Assembly (NCBI GenBank): GCA_965649825.1
Contig: OZ287694.1
Location: 309,197-373,196 of the forward strand
Origin: Penicillus capitatus
Lineage: Eukaryota > Plantae > Chlorophyta
Direction of reading: 5' to 3'
DNA: 64,000 nucleotides
This document shows positions 34,711-48,686 of the stretch, piece by piece; positions within the stretch are counted from its first letter, which is position 1, and the number at the start of each line of letters is the position of its first letter. The position numbers and the translations under genes are program-made. The notes below the pieces were generated by a model. That model ran no database searches. It was not told where the DNA came from and saw only the letters and a list, made by a program, of their open reading frames with translations.

Positions 34711-35306
34711 AGATCCCCTCGCGTCGCTCTTTCTCTCGTCGCTCTGTCTGCGATGCTGTCTGCGACAGGGGCGTCTGGTCTCTTCGCCTTGTCGAATTCG
34801 GCGTCGAGAGCCGACAACTGCTCTAAGACAAACATTACGGACACGGCAAGAAAAGGAGAATCAGAGAACAGAGCAGACGAGACCTTGTCGACAGAGGACG
34901 GTTTCAAAGTGTTGCCGCCCGCGTTCCTACCGACGACAATAATATATGCGACTTGAGTTGCTGGCACGGGCCAGACGTCTGCGCACAAAAACGTTTCGCA
35001 TGCGAATGTGTAGAACTCCTGACCGACCGTCTGCATGCAGTGCCGTTGACGGCAATGACGTTGAAGCTCTTTTCGTTCGACTATCGCGAAGAGAGACGAG
35101 GGAAGCGGCGTTTTCGTCACGTCACATACTTAAAAGTGTCACAGAGAAAGCACATTGCTCACTCTATCAGGTACAACCTGTAGGTCACTCTTTTCAGCAA
35201 GGAAAAGGAGGAAAAGTCCCGTCACAGCTTAGAATATTGAGCCCGGTTTGCGAGCTCAGCTTGGAAATGAAAAGACTATCTATCTTGCTATTGGATATCG
35301 ATTAGC

Positions 35307-38300
35307 TTATGCCTCGGCCGCCGATGACTCGGCGATCTCGGTGTATTCGGATGTCTGACATGTCTTGCCAAAAAAATGTCTGACTTCGTAACTGACCCAG
35401 TGCGCCAGAACGCGGAACATGCCAGCATCAGGTGCAAAGTTCTCGTCTCGTTCCCTCAGCTTATACTTCAGGTATTCAGCTGCAAACTTGAGAATGTAGG
35501 AAAGGAAAACGCAGAATGCAACGACATTCAGCAAAGCGCACGCGACCGTGAGCAACACACGAGTGAAGTCTTCGGGGGTAGCTCTCGTCTTTGAGCATGA
35601 CAGCCGCCAACGACGTCGCCAGTGACACGAAGAGAGACGCCAGTTCCATTCCATTGAGGTCTTCGAACTCTTCGCGGTACGGCATCGCCAGAATATGCGT
35701 CAAGATGGCAAGCATGATGATGTACGCGACGCCGGTGATCGGCACGCCGCTGTCGAACAGGTGGGCACAGAACACCAGAAAAGCAATGATGGCCTTCCTT
35801 GCGACGACGGCGACTTCCCAGTATCGACGACGATCCATTCTGTAAGAGCGGTAGAGGAATCCCGTCGTCTGGTACGCCCAGCTGCTCTTGTGGGCGAGGT
35901 GCTGCGGCGCACTTAAGAGGAAGAAGACGAAGAGCGCGAGCAGTCCGCCGTACACTGGACACACGAACGCAACAACCACTCCGTAGAGGAGTTTCGCGTG
36001 GTCGCCTTCGTAACACTCCATGCCCGTGTCGACAGCCCAGTATATGCGAGTCGCGTTGACTTGTGCAAAGTCTGCCGAGTCGTGCACATCGACGCAGAGG
36101 AAAACGCTCAATGCGGTCTTCAGCACCGGCACGAGCGTGACGTACCAGATGACCATCGCCGAGAGCACGGATCTCTTCGACAGGAAGCGTTGAAGTCTGT
36201 TGCTTTCGGGTCTTGCCGACCTCGTCGTCCAGAACACGATCCAGCAGAGAAGCACGGCGCAGGGAACGACGCACACGCTGACGACAAGTGACAAAGCCGT
36301 TGGATGCAAGGACAGGTGTTTTGACGTCAGACACACGACGGATCGTCGAATGCCATCAGACGCGAGACCGCCGAGCAATTCTGACAGCAGCACAACAGTT
36401 AGCAAGAAGAAACTTACGAGATTCTGGCCTGACCTGCCGCTTCTGCCATGACGATCACAGGAATCGCCCATCCCACGTCAATGGAAGCCAGAAGAACAGT
36501 CGTTTGGACGTAGCTTAAAGTGATCTGCAAGACAACGAGTTCAGTGATAGATGAACGGATCGACTTTCCACCTTGAGCATCTCGACGGCCTTCCACTTGG
36601 CCAAAGTTTTCTCGGAAGCAGGCACTCCGACAGCTTGGACCTACAGCGTACTCATTCGGGTCGATGCGCATGTGATATCGTTTCACACGCACTTCCGTCC
36701 CGAGGCGTGGCGATTCGATCTGTTCCGCCGATGTAGACGGCGCACTCTGCTCACGAGTCTGCACGACGTCTCCACGCAAAGCGCCGACCGTGCCGTGGAT
36801 CGTGATGCCCGTGACTCCCAGAAGAATGATCGCCGACGTCAGAATGTAGGCCACGTTGAAGAACCCCTTCAAACACCTTTTGCATTCGGAGGACAGACCA
36901 GAGCCGAAGTCTTCTACGCATGATCCACAAAGCGGTCCTGTGTGACCCTTTTGAAACAGACAAACATATTCATAACATCCGATGGAGAGAAAACATCTTA
37001 CTTCGGCGCACTGAGCTTGCGTGTATTCTTCGATCCATTCTTCTTCGAAAACACAGCTCGAGACGTCTCTGACCATGGTGTTCAAGTTTTCGCTGCGTTT
37101 CTCAAACTCGCAGGCAGAGGCCGGCAGGCATCTGCGAAAGTGATGCGAACACGGCGTCTTCTGCCAGTAGCCGTCTTCTGGTGTGATCACTCGAGATTCG
37201 CAGTTGCCATTCTCCGGACAGGGATGGCAAACGGTCGCTGAAAGACGGAAGTTGTACGTCGTGCTGCTGCAGGTCTCACAGAATCCAGCATTCGACACGA
37301 ACTCGCCGACAGAACAGTTGTGGACTCTCACGGTAATCCCGATGCTCTTGATCGCTTTTTCGCCAAACTCGACAATGAGGTCGTAGACTCCAGGAGGTAC
37401 AAAGCCTTTGATGGATCGAAAAGTGCAAGTTCCTCTCTCCATCGGGACAACGATCGACACAAGCAGAAACTGACCGACCGGTGATGACATATTGGCGTTG
37501 ACTGGACGGTAGTTTATTGCGGGTCTTTGCTTTAGTCCGTCCACCAGCTCAACTGTCGCCGTTGGCAGATCTGTGCCAACCCGGTATCCTTCCACCACAC
37601 AGTTCTCTCCGCCACTCACGCAGACGGCCTTGTTCGTGTCGTTCAACGTCATCTCTGCCGTTGCGGCATACGTCCCGACGTTAGGACCATAAACGCCACC
37701 GTGATTGCCTTTCCACGATGGGCAAATGTCCTTGTCCGATTTTACTTGGCTCAAGGCTTTCCACTCTTTCTCCTCGTAGAAACGCAAACCGACATCTGAC
37801 GAAGTGTTGTCGCAACTCAAACGGATTGCTTCTAGGTAGCCAGCGAAGACGGCTCCTCCGGCGAGGCTGGCTTCGTTACCCGACAATTGGGTATCCGCCA
37901 AGGCCATAACGGGGCAGTGGATGCTCCTTGCCAAACATTTCGTGTGCCTTTTGCTCGAGACGAAGAAAAGACCGCCTACAGAAAAGCACAAACAGGTTTT
38001 TCGCTCTTTCGGAGCGAGCACTCACCTCCCAGTTCGGCCGTGTTTTCCTCGACGTGGTTTCTGACGAGCTGCAAGGGAACAGCCTGTTCGGAATGGGCAT
38101 CGAAGAAAACTGCCCCGCCGTTGCCATGCTTCGCCGAGTTGTTCCGAAACGTGCAGTCGGTGCACAAGAAGGTCGACACCGCGGATCCCATAACGCCGCC
38201 GCCGTTTTTGTCAGCTTCGCAATGAAGAATAGAGAGATTACGTGCAACGAGATGAGATTTCTTCAACCAGATGGATCCACCGTTCTTGGATCTTCCTCGT

Positions 38301-41206
38301 TCAACCGTGGAGTTGTTCATACGAATCGAGGTGCCTTTGAATGCCGCAGCAAAGCCACCATAACTTCTCGCAACGTTATGGGCAAATCGTGACTGTGAGA
38401 TACTCAGAGCGGAATTCCATCCGCAAATAAAGCCTCCAGTTTTGGAACTGCAGTTGACCGCAGTGGCATACGACATGGTTACTGCAGAGTTCGTCGTGTA
38501 CATAAATCCTCCCAATGTCGCGCTACTGTTGGCCGCCTTCGTGTGTTCCAGCGTCAAATTCGATTCCATCGCAAATAAGAATCCACCTTGTTTTGCTCTG
38601 TTGCTATCCGCGTTTGTCTCGTCCAGCTTCACCGTCGAGGTCTGCGCATACACAAATCCGCCATGCTCTTGCGCACTGTTGGAAGTCGCTGTGGTGTGAT
38701 TGAGCGTCACGTCAGATTCTTCAATGTGCATGAATCCTCCCAGCTTGGCCGTGCTGCTGACCGCTTCGGTGTTGGCCCACTCTAGCGTCGATTTTGACGC
38801 CGACATAAATCCACCGTGCCCTAATGCGCGGTTGGCAGTCGCGTTTGTCTCGTCCAGTCTCACCGTGGAGTTCCGCGCATACACAAATCCGCCATGCTCT
38901 TGCGCACTGTTGGAAATCGCCATGGTGCGATCCAGCGTTACTCTCGACTTCACAGCATCAAAAAATCCGCCATTCTCTTTTGCGCTGTTGCCAATCGCGT
39001 TTGTGTCCCTGAGCGTCACATCTGATTCTTGAGCCCATGCGAATCCACCGTGGTGTTGTGCGCTGTTGTCCGTCGCATTGGTGCGATCTAGCATCACAGT
39101 CGAGTTCTCGGCGTCAAAGAATCCGCCCCACTGCGCCTTGTTGTTGGCCGCGTTTGTTTCGGCTAGCTTCACCGTCGAGCTGCTCGAGTACATGAATCCA
39201 CCGCTGTGTTGTGCGCTGTTGTCCTTCGCATTGGTGCGATCTAGCATCACAGTCGAGTTCTCGGCGTCAAAGAATCCGCCCCACTGCGCCTTGTTGTTGG
39301 CCGCGTTTGTTTCGGCTAGCTTCACCGTCGAGCTGCTCGAGTACATGAATCCACCGCTGTGTTGTGCGCTGTTGTCCGTCGCATTGGTGCGATCCAGCGT
39401 CACATTTGAGACCTTGGCGTACAAGAACGCGCCGTAAGTCGCTCTGCTGGCCGTCGCGTAAGTGTACTCCAGCATCACACTCGAATTCAGTGCGCAGACG
39501 CATCCGCCCCGCTGCGCCTTGTTGTCGGCCGCGTTTGTGTCGGATAGCTTTACCGTCGAATTGCTCGAGTACAGGAATCCACCGCTCTTCTCTGCGCTGT
39601 TGTCCGTCGCACTTGTGTGCTCGAACGTCACTCTCGAATTCAGTGCATAGACGAATCCACCACGGTCGTTTGCGATGTTGTTCAGTGCTTTCGTGTGCGT
39701 GAACTTTATCTCTGAGTCTTCCACGTGGGCACAACCACCTTTCTCAAATGCGACATTATCCTTGAACATGGAGCCGAACACGGAAATCTTCGACTCGTTG
39801 CCATAGATCACGGATCCTCTGAAGCCTTCATTTGCACCGAACGTGCAGTTCTCTATTTGGACAGACGACCTCATTGAATGAACACAGTTACTCTTCATTC
39901 CCTCGTCGACTCGCGTGCTTAAAGCATTCCTGCTGAACGATGCATTCGAAAGTGAAATGTCGCTTTCTTCGATTCGAATGATCGTCAGGTTGTTTTCGGA
40001 TGCGGTGAATCCCTGGATCGTGGTTCTTGATGAGTTGTGACCGTAGAACAGGGAAGTCCGCTGACCATCAGCCGCGGCGACTCTGTTCCCAGATACGGTG
40101 CAATCTACCAGTCGGTTCTTCTGTGCGAGGTGAACTCCACAGGCTTCGCCTGAGCAGACGTTGTCCGAGATCTCCACTTCGACCATCTCTAGTTCTGAGC
40201 AGGATGGAGAAGACAACCGGAGTGCCGACGCCGCAGTCAGGTCGTTCTGACGAAACGTGAAGCGGTGCAGAGCCACGAGACCGGCGGCAGCTTCAGTGCG
40301 GCATGCCGCCACTTCGATAACTGATCGAGCTTCATGTGTGCCGTCGAACACGCACTTTTCGATGACAAGATCGACAAAGGTAACATTCCTGGACCTACAG
40401 GCGAAAAGGTGATTGCCGTCTCACTCGAAGCTGTCTGTCTTACTCTACGAAGAAGAGTCCGGAGTTCTTATAAGGACATGTGAATCTTGTCTTTGTGGTT
40501 GAACTTTGGGAGACGGCGTCTTTGGAGTCGACGCCGTTGACTTGGGAGATGAGGGTTAGTTGCCATGGAATGGTGACAGGCGACGATGGACGCACCACGC
40601 CTGTCACGTTAAACGCGAGTACATCGCCTTGCTTTGTGCAGTTGACGAGTATCTGCAGGTCGTTGTCAATTTGTCCAAGGACACCGTCGTCGACGAGCCA
40701 TGTTTGGCCGTCCATTGTGGTATACCTTTCCTTGTCCTCTGGCGTCAAGGCACATGCGAACCCTGACAAGTTTAAACGCCGTCAGAGTACATCGTTCTGT
40801 GCGATGGACAGGGAAAGCCGAACCTGTAGTGATTCCTTGGTCGGATGAGCTGTAAAGTGGTGAGGCGACCGCCTCGTTTGCCGTCTACAGACAAAGACGG
40901 AGTGGTTGATGCCCTCGCCGTTGAATGGCGACAGGCGAATTAGTGGCTTACGTCTTGAGGATGCTTTGCGGTGAGGTCGACTGGTGTTTTGGACGGTGTG
41001 GGACGCAGTTTGTCGTCCATGTTGCCTAGACGCAACACAGAGCCGCTGGAGAGATGCGACGCAGCTCGCGGAGGAGAACCGTCGGCTGCAGAAACTGCGT
41101 CTGGCGGACGCAGCGACGCGCTTTGAACAGCGCAAGTAAGTCCGACTCCCTGCGCGAGCGCGCAGCAGAGCAGACAGAGCTTGAAACGGGGAAGAAAGTT
41201 TGGCAT
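35307..41206 (-). CDS. Pmp-like (polymorphic membrane protein, parallel beta-helix) protein with Cys-rich region and multi-pass C-terminus, paralog 2; one apparent frameshift
   Basis: Signal exon MPNFLPRFKLCLLCCALAQG; many (F)xxNxAxxxGG repeats; CxxC-rich ITPEDGYWQ / GHTGPLCGSC; TM domain as in paralog 1; canonical introns (e.g. GGAG|gtgagt...tgtag). An extra C at 35574-35578 splits the final exon. Confidence 0.85.
39054..39400 (-). repeat. In-frame 153-bp (51-aa) tandem repeat, ~2.3 copies
   Basis: Units start at 39054, 39207 and 39360 with a single visible substitution. Confidence 0.95.
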
Positions 41207-42045
41207 CGTGCGGACGTAGAACGCAGAAAGAAACGTTGCAGAATGATACGTTTCGTTTTCAGGATCATCATCGGATGACTGCCTCGTCGATCGAAGCGAC
41301 AGATGCATCCTGTTCTCTCGACGGCCAGACGCGACACGGATGGACTGGAGAAAGCGTCGTCGGCAAACCGTCTTCGCCGTCGACTGGCGCTGCCGACGGA
41401 ATCCCGAAGGTCGAGGCGCAGAGTGCGAAGAGGTCGAAGCTGCCTGTCTTTTCTTTCCTCTTACCTGGCTTTCGAGTAGAACAGCGGAAGCCCTGTCGAA
41501 CGCGTTCAGTCAACTGGCCACAAGAGATGACGTTGCCTGTATCACGGTGATCTGACTGGCAGATGCCATTCTGCAGAAGACTCGGTGCATCAAGGCCGCC
41601 GGCCATTCGTCACTTCGCTGCCTGCAGAGGACACCGTGCAGCGCTCGAACGCAATCCGTTTTCGGGTTTCAGTCGAAGATCGTGCCTTCGGACGTTTGTC
41701 ACGTGACCAGAGGTATGCAGAACAAGTCGCATTGCGTTTTCTCTCAGTCCTTGTTCCCATCCGCGCATTTCTCGTGTGGCTGTTTCAGAGGGAGGCAATT
41801 CTTTTCAATCGGTTTCTCACTCTCTGTTGCATTGATGGTTCAGAAACAGGGGATCGATCCGAGTCTCCCAACCGTAGATAATGAGTGACTTGTAGTTAAC
41901 TGTCCAAGACAAGGCACCAGCTCAAAGCAACAGTGAGCGATGTGTGGGAGTTATTATTGCTAACTTGCGCTGGATGTTCGGGGTTTCATGCCGCTGGGCA
42001 CAGAACTTGAAGTTTGGCCGAGTTAGAAAAGGAAACAAAAGCGGT

Positions 42046-45000
42046 ATGGAAAAGAGAGACGAAAGGCTCCACCCAGTCCAGCATCGGAAGCTGGTGTCGT
42101 CGTGCATCGACCTGGTGCAAGCTCGGGGATGACATGAAGGCATTGGCCAGTCAGCTCCGCACCAGAACACTCCCTTTCCGTCACCTCTCCAATCCGATGT
42201 CATTGGACAGACAAACCAAACAGATCTACGTTCTCGGCAGACTTTTACCTTCGGTTCGGATTCTGATGATTGGATGCACTTTGGGAGCCACAGTCTCGTG
42301 CGTGATCTTTGGACACAAAGACATGCTTTCCTGCAATAAAGATTCAAGAAGACACTGTTCGCTTCTCCTACTCCATGACGAGTCATCGTTCATCGATGCT
42401 TTTACTGGAAGACAGTAAGCACAAGGGTTGAGGTGTTATTGTTCTGAGGGCGAAGTTGAAGGTTGATGCGAGGATGCGTCTCTGAGTGAACGATGAAGAC
42501 CGTTCCTTCATCAAGAAAAGATTTTCTTCGGGGCTCTCGAGTGTTGGGTGGTAGGTCACTCCCAGTCTGAGATGTCACTTGTTCTGAATTCTCACACACG
42601 GTAAGGTGAGCTCGTACGAGGATCTTCTCTCAAGATGAGCGATGTCCTGTTAGTTCTATGGTCTGCTCCTTACCCTTCCCTCCCTCCTTTTATCGACTTG
42701 GCGACAGGGGAATGAAAGCAGCAAAATTTCTCCCTACTGGCCGACAGAGTAAGTAGCTCGATGTATTTACCGAGTTCGTTGGTTTCACGATTGGCTGTTG
42801 CGGTTGTGTCTCAGATGTCTGCTAGAGCGCTGAAGATTGGAGAGGCGACGATTGGCGAGTAAACGACCCTCGTGCTGACATTAAACTGAAAGCTGCTCAA
42901 TTAAATGGCGACGTTTAGCTAAGTTCATCAGCGCAGCTTCCTGCGACCCTTCGAACGTTACAGGTTCGCCCGTGATTGTCAGATGCGCCGCCAGATCAGA
43001 CTGCAGTTCGGGTCCGTGATGAGGGATGCCCTCGATCCACTCCCATGCGACTGGCAATGACTTCATAATCAATCGCTTCGGTCAATCAGTGCGGGTCTCC
43101 TGACTCGATCCACTGAGACAGAAAAACCATCTCCGATCATCTAGAGAAGCGTCAGCTGGTCATGGAAAAAGATCTTCGTTACCTATGGAAATCGCCTGGT
43201 CTGGTCACAGGCTCTTCTCTGTTCTTCGATGCCGACACTGAGTCTCCTTGTGGATGACGGTTTCAGGCAATGGACTGTTAACTTGGACTGAAGTGCGGGG
43301 AGTTTGTGTGCTGTCGTGTGAGAGATCTGGTTTCTGCTTCCAGCCAAAGTGTACATGGCCGTCGGATGGATTGCCGAACGGCGACTTGGTATCTGTCTCG
43401 TTGACGTTCTACGGCATCTTGCATCCGGCTCTTCGACGGACGGTTATCGCCTTTGCCATCAGCGGACGGAGCCTAGTACAGAGCGTCCGTCTCCCGTTTG
43501 GAACTCGATCCACGAACGTCCAAGTGCTATCCAGAGAAAAGAAGCTGCCGAGACTAGACGACTGTCGTACGACGATTCTCGAGGCTCTGCCGAGAACGGG
43601 GGAATCGAAGGCGCTACTATCCAGACGTCGGTCATCAAACAGCGACGCTTCATGTCGTTTTGGTGGAAGTCAACACTTGGCACATCGCCATCGTTAGAGA
43701 AAGGAAAAACCTTACCTTCCGTCAGAGGTACACTTCAGCAGATTGCTGGGTGCAGTCAGTGGTGATCTGAAGGAAGATCGCAGCAGACGTCGCTGTCACG
43801 TCACATCCATCTACAGCTGCCTCTTTCTGGAAGCTGCGCCGAAGACCTCATTTGAACTAAAGATGCACTTTCCAAAGCGATCAGGTGGAGACTCGAACGA
43901 GTCGTGCAGAGAGAGCTCTGTCTAAGAGATGCCTAAGAAACCCAGCCAACGTTATCTGCTTGTTGTAGCAGTCAGCTCTTCATGTATTCGCGCCACTAGA
44001 GAACGAACCATTTGTTGTAGTGAATGATCTGTGACGCCATGGAAACAAAGAGCAAGATATGAAGCACGACGGGAAGAGGGTGCTGGGACCTCTGTCCCAA
44101 CATCCATGACACGAACGACTGTCATCAGGGATATTACTCGCTGTCCAACGCCAAAACACACTTTCTCAGTCATTGTCTTCAACTAAACCGTCCGGGGTTA
44201 AAGAATCAATCATTGCGGAGAGCATGCTCTTCACCCTTGGTCTTGATGAGATCAGGTTGTCCGAAAGTAGAAGTGTGAATGTCCAAGGACACGTGTAACA
44301 GGTACAGTGGAAGTGGAGTCTCTGTCCAGTCCAAGAGGCACTGGCTACTGAACGTTGCGCAGCATCATCATGTTTGTGTATGTACCGCGGAATTGCAGGG
44401 CAACAGGACCTAGAATGTCGTTGCTTTACGTCGAGCACTGAAAGGGGCAGTCCCAAGCTCTTGGTGTACTTACTTGCCCATCTTGTCACACAAGATGGTT
44501 CACTCATCTCCGAAGCTGATACGGCGATACACTCACTCCGTCTGAGGAAGCGCTGTGGACGATGTCCTGAGCACATCGGCTCTTTGAACAAGGAACCTTC
44601 TTTCGTTCGGTCCGCCGAAATCCGAAGAGACGGTAAGGGCGTTACTGTCTGGCTCTTCTCCAACGCGCACTCGCTGCTCACGAAAAGGAAACCACTCGCT
44701 CGCCGTACGACTGTAGGAAGATCGTTCGCTGCGAGGGACACATTCGGTGAGTATTTTGCCTGAGACACGAATCGCTTAGAGTTGCGCGAACGTAACCTGG
44801 TTCGCACCAAACAACACGCTTCTTAGCGTTCACTGTCGTACCTGCGAGAACAACGAACGGACCTTCAAATTCGAAGAACGTCGTCGCAGCACAGTCTCTC
44901 TTCTCAGGTCCGGGTCGATCGTCCAGGCTTTCCGTGTCGCCGTCTGACGGACCTGAAGCGCCTGACGGTAACGCATCTCCGCCTCGACGTGCCGCGCCTC

Positions 45001-45203
45001 TTCAGGAGGATGACAATGAAGACGGCTCTGGGAAAAACGATCTGTTTGCGAGTTCAAGGAGAATGACCCAGGAAGCGGAACTCGCTGCGGCGGGGACACG
45101 AGGGAGACGATGGATATGGGTACCTGCAGAGCATCGGCGTTCTGAACGAGCCAAGAAGATCCGCCAAGTCTACGAGCGACTCGAGAAAGAGAACACACTC
45201 TGA
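42046..45203 (+). CDS. Hypothetical multi-exon gene, divergent from Pmp paralog 2
   Basis: MEKRDERLHPVQHRKL|gt...ag|LGDDMKALASQLRTRTLPFRHLSNPMS...; terminal exon ...RAKKIRQVYERLEKENTL*. Internal exons not resolved. Confidence 0.4.
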
Positions 45204-48200
45204 CAGCCGTCGGACGTGGACGACATCTCTTACCTATCCAGAGTCCAACGGAGTGTGGAGAGGGACGGTGTTCATTTTTTGCCAGTCGCAGTGATCGAAT
45301 GTGCTCTTAGCCGCTCCTTGGGACAATCACGGAACTAGAGATATTCGGAACAGTCGAAGATCCCGACGTAAGGACGCGAGTGAGAAGTGAGTATGAGGCA
45401 GACAGATGCTCTAGCTCGCACGTCAGGGATCGTCGTCTCGCCTATGAGGTGCTTGCCAGTGTTGAGAACCATCATGTCGACAGATAGTGGCGTGGCTGCA
45501 CGGCCAAAAGATAGAAGAACGTCGGAATTCTTCTGAAGCTTCTCCTTACGTCGCCGCGCTAAGAAGACGTTGGACAGAACAATCCACCATTCTGAAGATC
45601 TAAGAGAACCGACACCGTGCATTGACGAGTAGTCGTTCCAGGACTCCGACAGTTAATGGCCGAGCGAAGACTGTCCGAGAAGAATCGTTTTGCGCATTGG
45701 AGACCACACTAGGTTCTTCGATCTTACTTTATATGCTCACCGAATGAGGAGCAGAGGGTGTATTGGCGGATGCTCTTGTTGGTAAAACCCGGATGGGCGA
45801 ATGTACGGAGCGCCACTCGAAGCTGTAGATGGGCAGAGTTGGTGGAATAGATGCAGTGGTTCGCGCACGTCCAAGTCCTATGATGAAGCGCCATTCCCCT
45901 AACGATGAACATTTGGAGCTCATTGAGTGCTGTAAAGAGATTCGAGCTTCCTTAATGTAACCGAACCATCCGCAGATGGCGATCCAAAAAAGAGTCTATA
46001 GCTTCCGTCATTACGCCCTTTAATTGTTATAGCCAAGGGGAGAGAGAAGTTTGTGGGATTTACACGGGCTTTTGAATAACAAATTAGCCCGGTTTAGAGC
46101 CAGAGGAGACTGACTGGCTACATGTTGAGCGGTTGACTCGAGTTCAGTCTTTTTTAAAGGAAAACAGATACCTAAAAACAAAGCGCACACATACAGTTTG
46201 AGTTGCGGTTATCAAGCTAAAGAGGAGAGAGCGACTTATTCGACGAGCGCAAATTAAACCTTGAATGCGCGAGGTCGAATAGGATCGACGATTGTGCGAA
46301 TACCTGTAAACAGAGGCTATGTTTCAACAAGTTCTGCGTCGGCAGAATTAGCCGAAAGATTATCAATGGGTCACACGAACGATGGCGCGAGGTGGCAACA
46401 GAAAAGGGTCAAAAAGGAAGTCGACAAAAGTTTTTGTCCGGGTGGTGACCCTATCGTCGGCCCCCGAACTTGGCGCGACGTTGTCCTTTCCCCGCCGGAA
46501 GCCATCCAACTCGGCGCGGGCTCGCCAGACACAGCCGGGTCAACTCTGATGGGACGTCCCTCCTCTGTGTCCGGCGCAGGAATCGAACCCCCGCGGTCGT
46601 ACTTCTCGAACTGGTCCAACTCACCATCCGCATTCGGGTCGATACCCACAGTCGAGAAGACGCCGTCGCCATCGTATGCCAACAGGTGACGGCAAGTCTT
46701 TGATGACTTTCTCCACCGACCATCCTGCACAGGTGACGACTTCTCCTGCAACTTTTTGACGTTTTGGCGACCGACCACCGCTTTTCCGTAACGAAATCTT
46801 GACTACTTTTAGAAGTCTTTCGCAGTCAAACACGCAAGCCCTAGGATGACTCTCCCATCAACTCCAACTGCGCACGTGTGACCACTTCTTTGAGAACATC
46901 TGCAAAAAACACCACTCTGCCGACAATCATCGTGGATGAAAAGCCACTTTTACCCAAATGAGGGATAGCATAACTACGACAAAGCACGGTATTTTTTTGT
47001 GACTCTCGTCATACTAAAGTGAAACTGTATAGCCTTTTTGATGTTCGACATTTTGAACGCTTACATAATGTTTGTAGCATACAATCTCTGCTACGAAGCC
47101 TAAACAAGGACCCACACCATCAACATTGATGCGTAAGCGCTAGCTTACTTACTCGTACCATCTCCGCATTTTGCGACGGCGCTAGCAATAAGAGAATCTA
47201 TGTACTTGAGGACAACAATCAACCGTTTGTCTGATGCTCTCACTGTTGGCACGAACAAGCAATGATTTATTTTGTGCAACGTTCATACCAGACGAGTGAC
47301 GAACCCCACCAAGCACCCTTGTAAAGTACAAGGCGTGTACTCTTCAAAGTCAGTCTCAAAGTCTTTAGAAAGAGGACGCGACTCTTCTCTTAGAATCAGT
47401 ATTACACAAGAAAGTTGGTTCCGTCGGTAAAATGGTCACACCTCGGATTCATCGTGTAGATTTGACGAACTACCAAATCATGACTGCACAAACCTCAAAT
47501 AGAGTGTGTCGATGTTCATGGCTAGAAAGAACACGGCTCTCCATTTGCTAACAATGTGTTGAGCATAAGGTTGCAATTTTCAAAATCCACAACTCTGACA
47601 CTTGAGAGTGTTGTGTCACTCGAAGAAAGATCTTCCGTGGTGTCTGTCGAGATCTTCATCATACGGCAAACCGCGGCCATCTCAAAGGAATCTGACATCT
47701 GCCACAAAGCTGCAAGAGATGTCGCGTTTGGAGGCGACTACAGCGCCTTTAGAGTAGCGCATAGGCGCAATCAACCGTGCTCCTGAAAGAACGCTTTGTG
47801 CTGGACATGTTGTCCTTCGATTCCGTCCATGATGCACGCGTACGGCGGAATCACAACAGCATCCACCGCTCTCTGCTAGTTTGTCCATGACTCGCGTTTC
47901 CCTACGAAGATGGAGAGTGTGTTCGTCATCGGTCGAAGATGCATCGATGTCGGTGCTCAGAGTACCTTCAAAATAGTGGAGAAGATGTTCGCATCGTGTC
48001 CCGAGTAGAAAACCCATTCGGTTAAAGTGACGAGACGGTCACAGAACGCTTCGACAGAGAAGATGTTGGCTATTCGCTGCACCGCACGTAACAGGTCTGT
48101 CTTCGCGTCTTGCATCGTTGCAAACAACGTCAATCTCAGGACGGTGCGCGCACCGCTGCTTTGACGTTCACTGTGGTCAGCACAGGGCGACCAACCTTTG

Positions 48201-48686
48201 TCACGGTGCACTGGCATGGCATGGCATGGTGAGTTGATTAAACGCCTTGCGTATCTGAATGGGTGCGCCGCGAGAAATGCTTGTGTGCCGCAGTGCTTGA
48301 ACGTTGGCGGTTTATCTCGCCTTCGATGCGAAAGAGCACCGAACTCGCCAGAGCCATGGAACGCCAAGGAAAACGGGAATCCTCCAAAGCCAGCGGACAC
48401 TATTGCGCTTAGCAGAGTAGAGTCGAGAATCCGTTAGAGTTCGATAGGGTGAAGCTTCGCGAAGCGAAAAGAAAGTTCCATCCAGTCAGCGCAGGTCACG
48501 TCCCGTCAATAAAAGGAATGCGTCTCTATCCAACACGCGCTACAGTTTTTCCGTCGACTGTTTGGTTGTCAGAAGAAGTTGGAGACCAAACTCAGAAACG
48601 CGACGAAGTGAATTCGAGGTGTTTGCTTTGGAGCTTTGTTGCCAAACACGCTCGCTCGTGCAGGAGTTGACAAGAATCTCGCCGCC

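Noticed and set aside
39054-39400. CRISPR-like or satellite array
   Set aside because: There are no spacers; the units are in-frame coding repeats in a eukaryotic gene.
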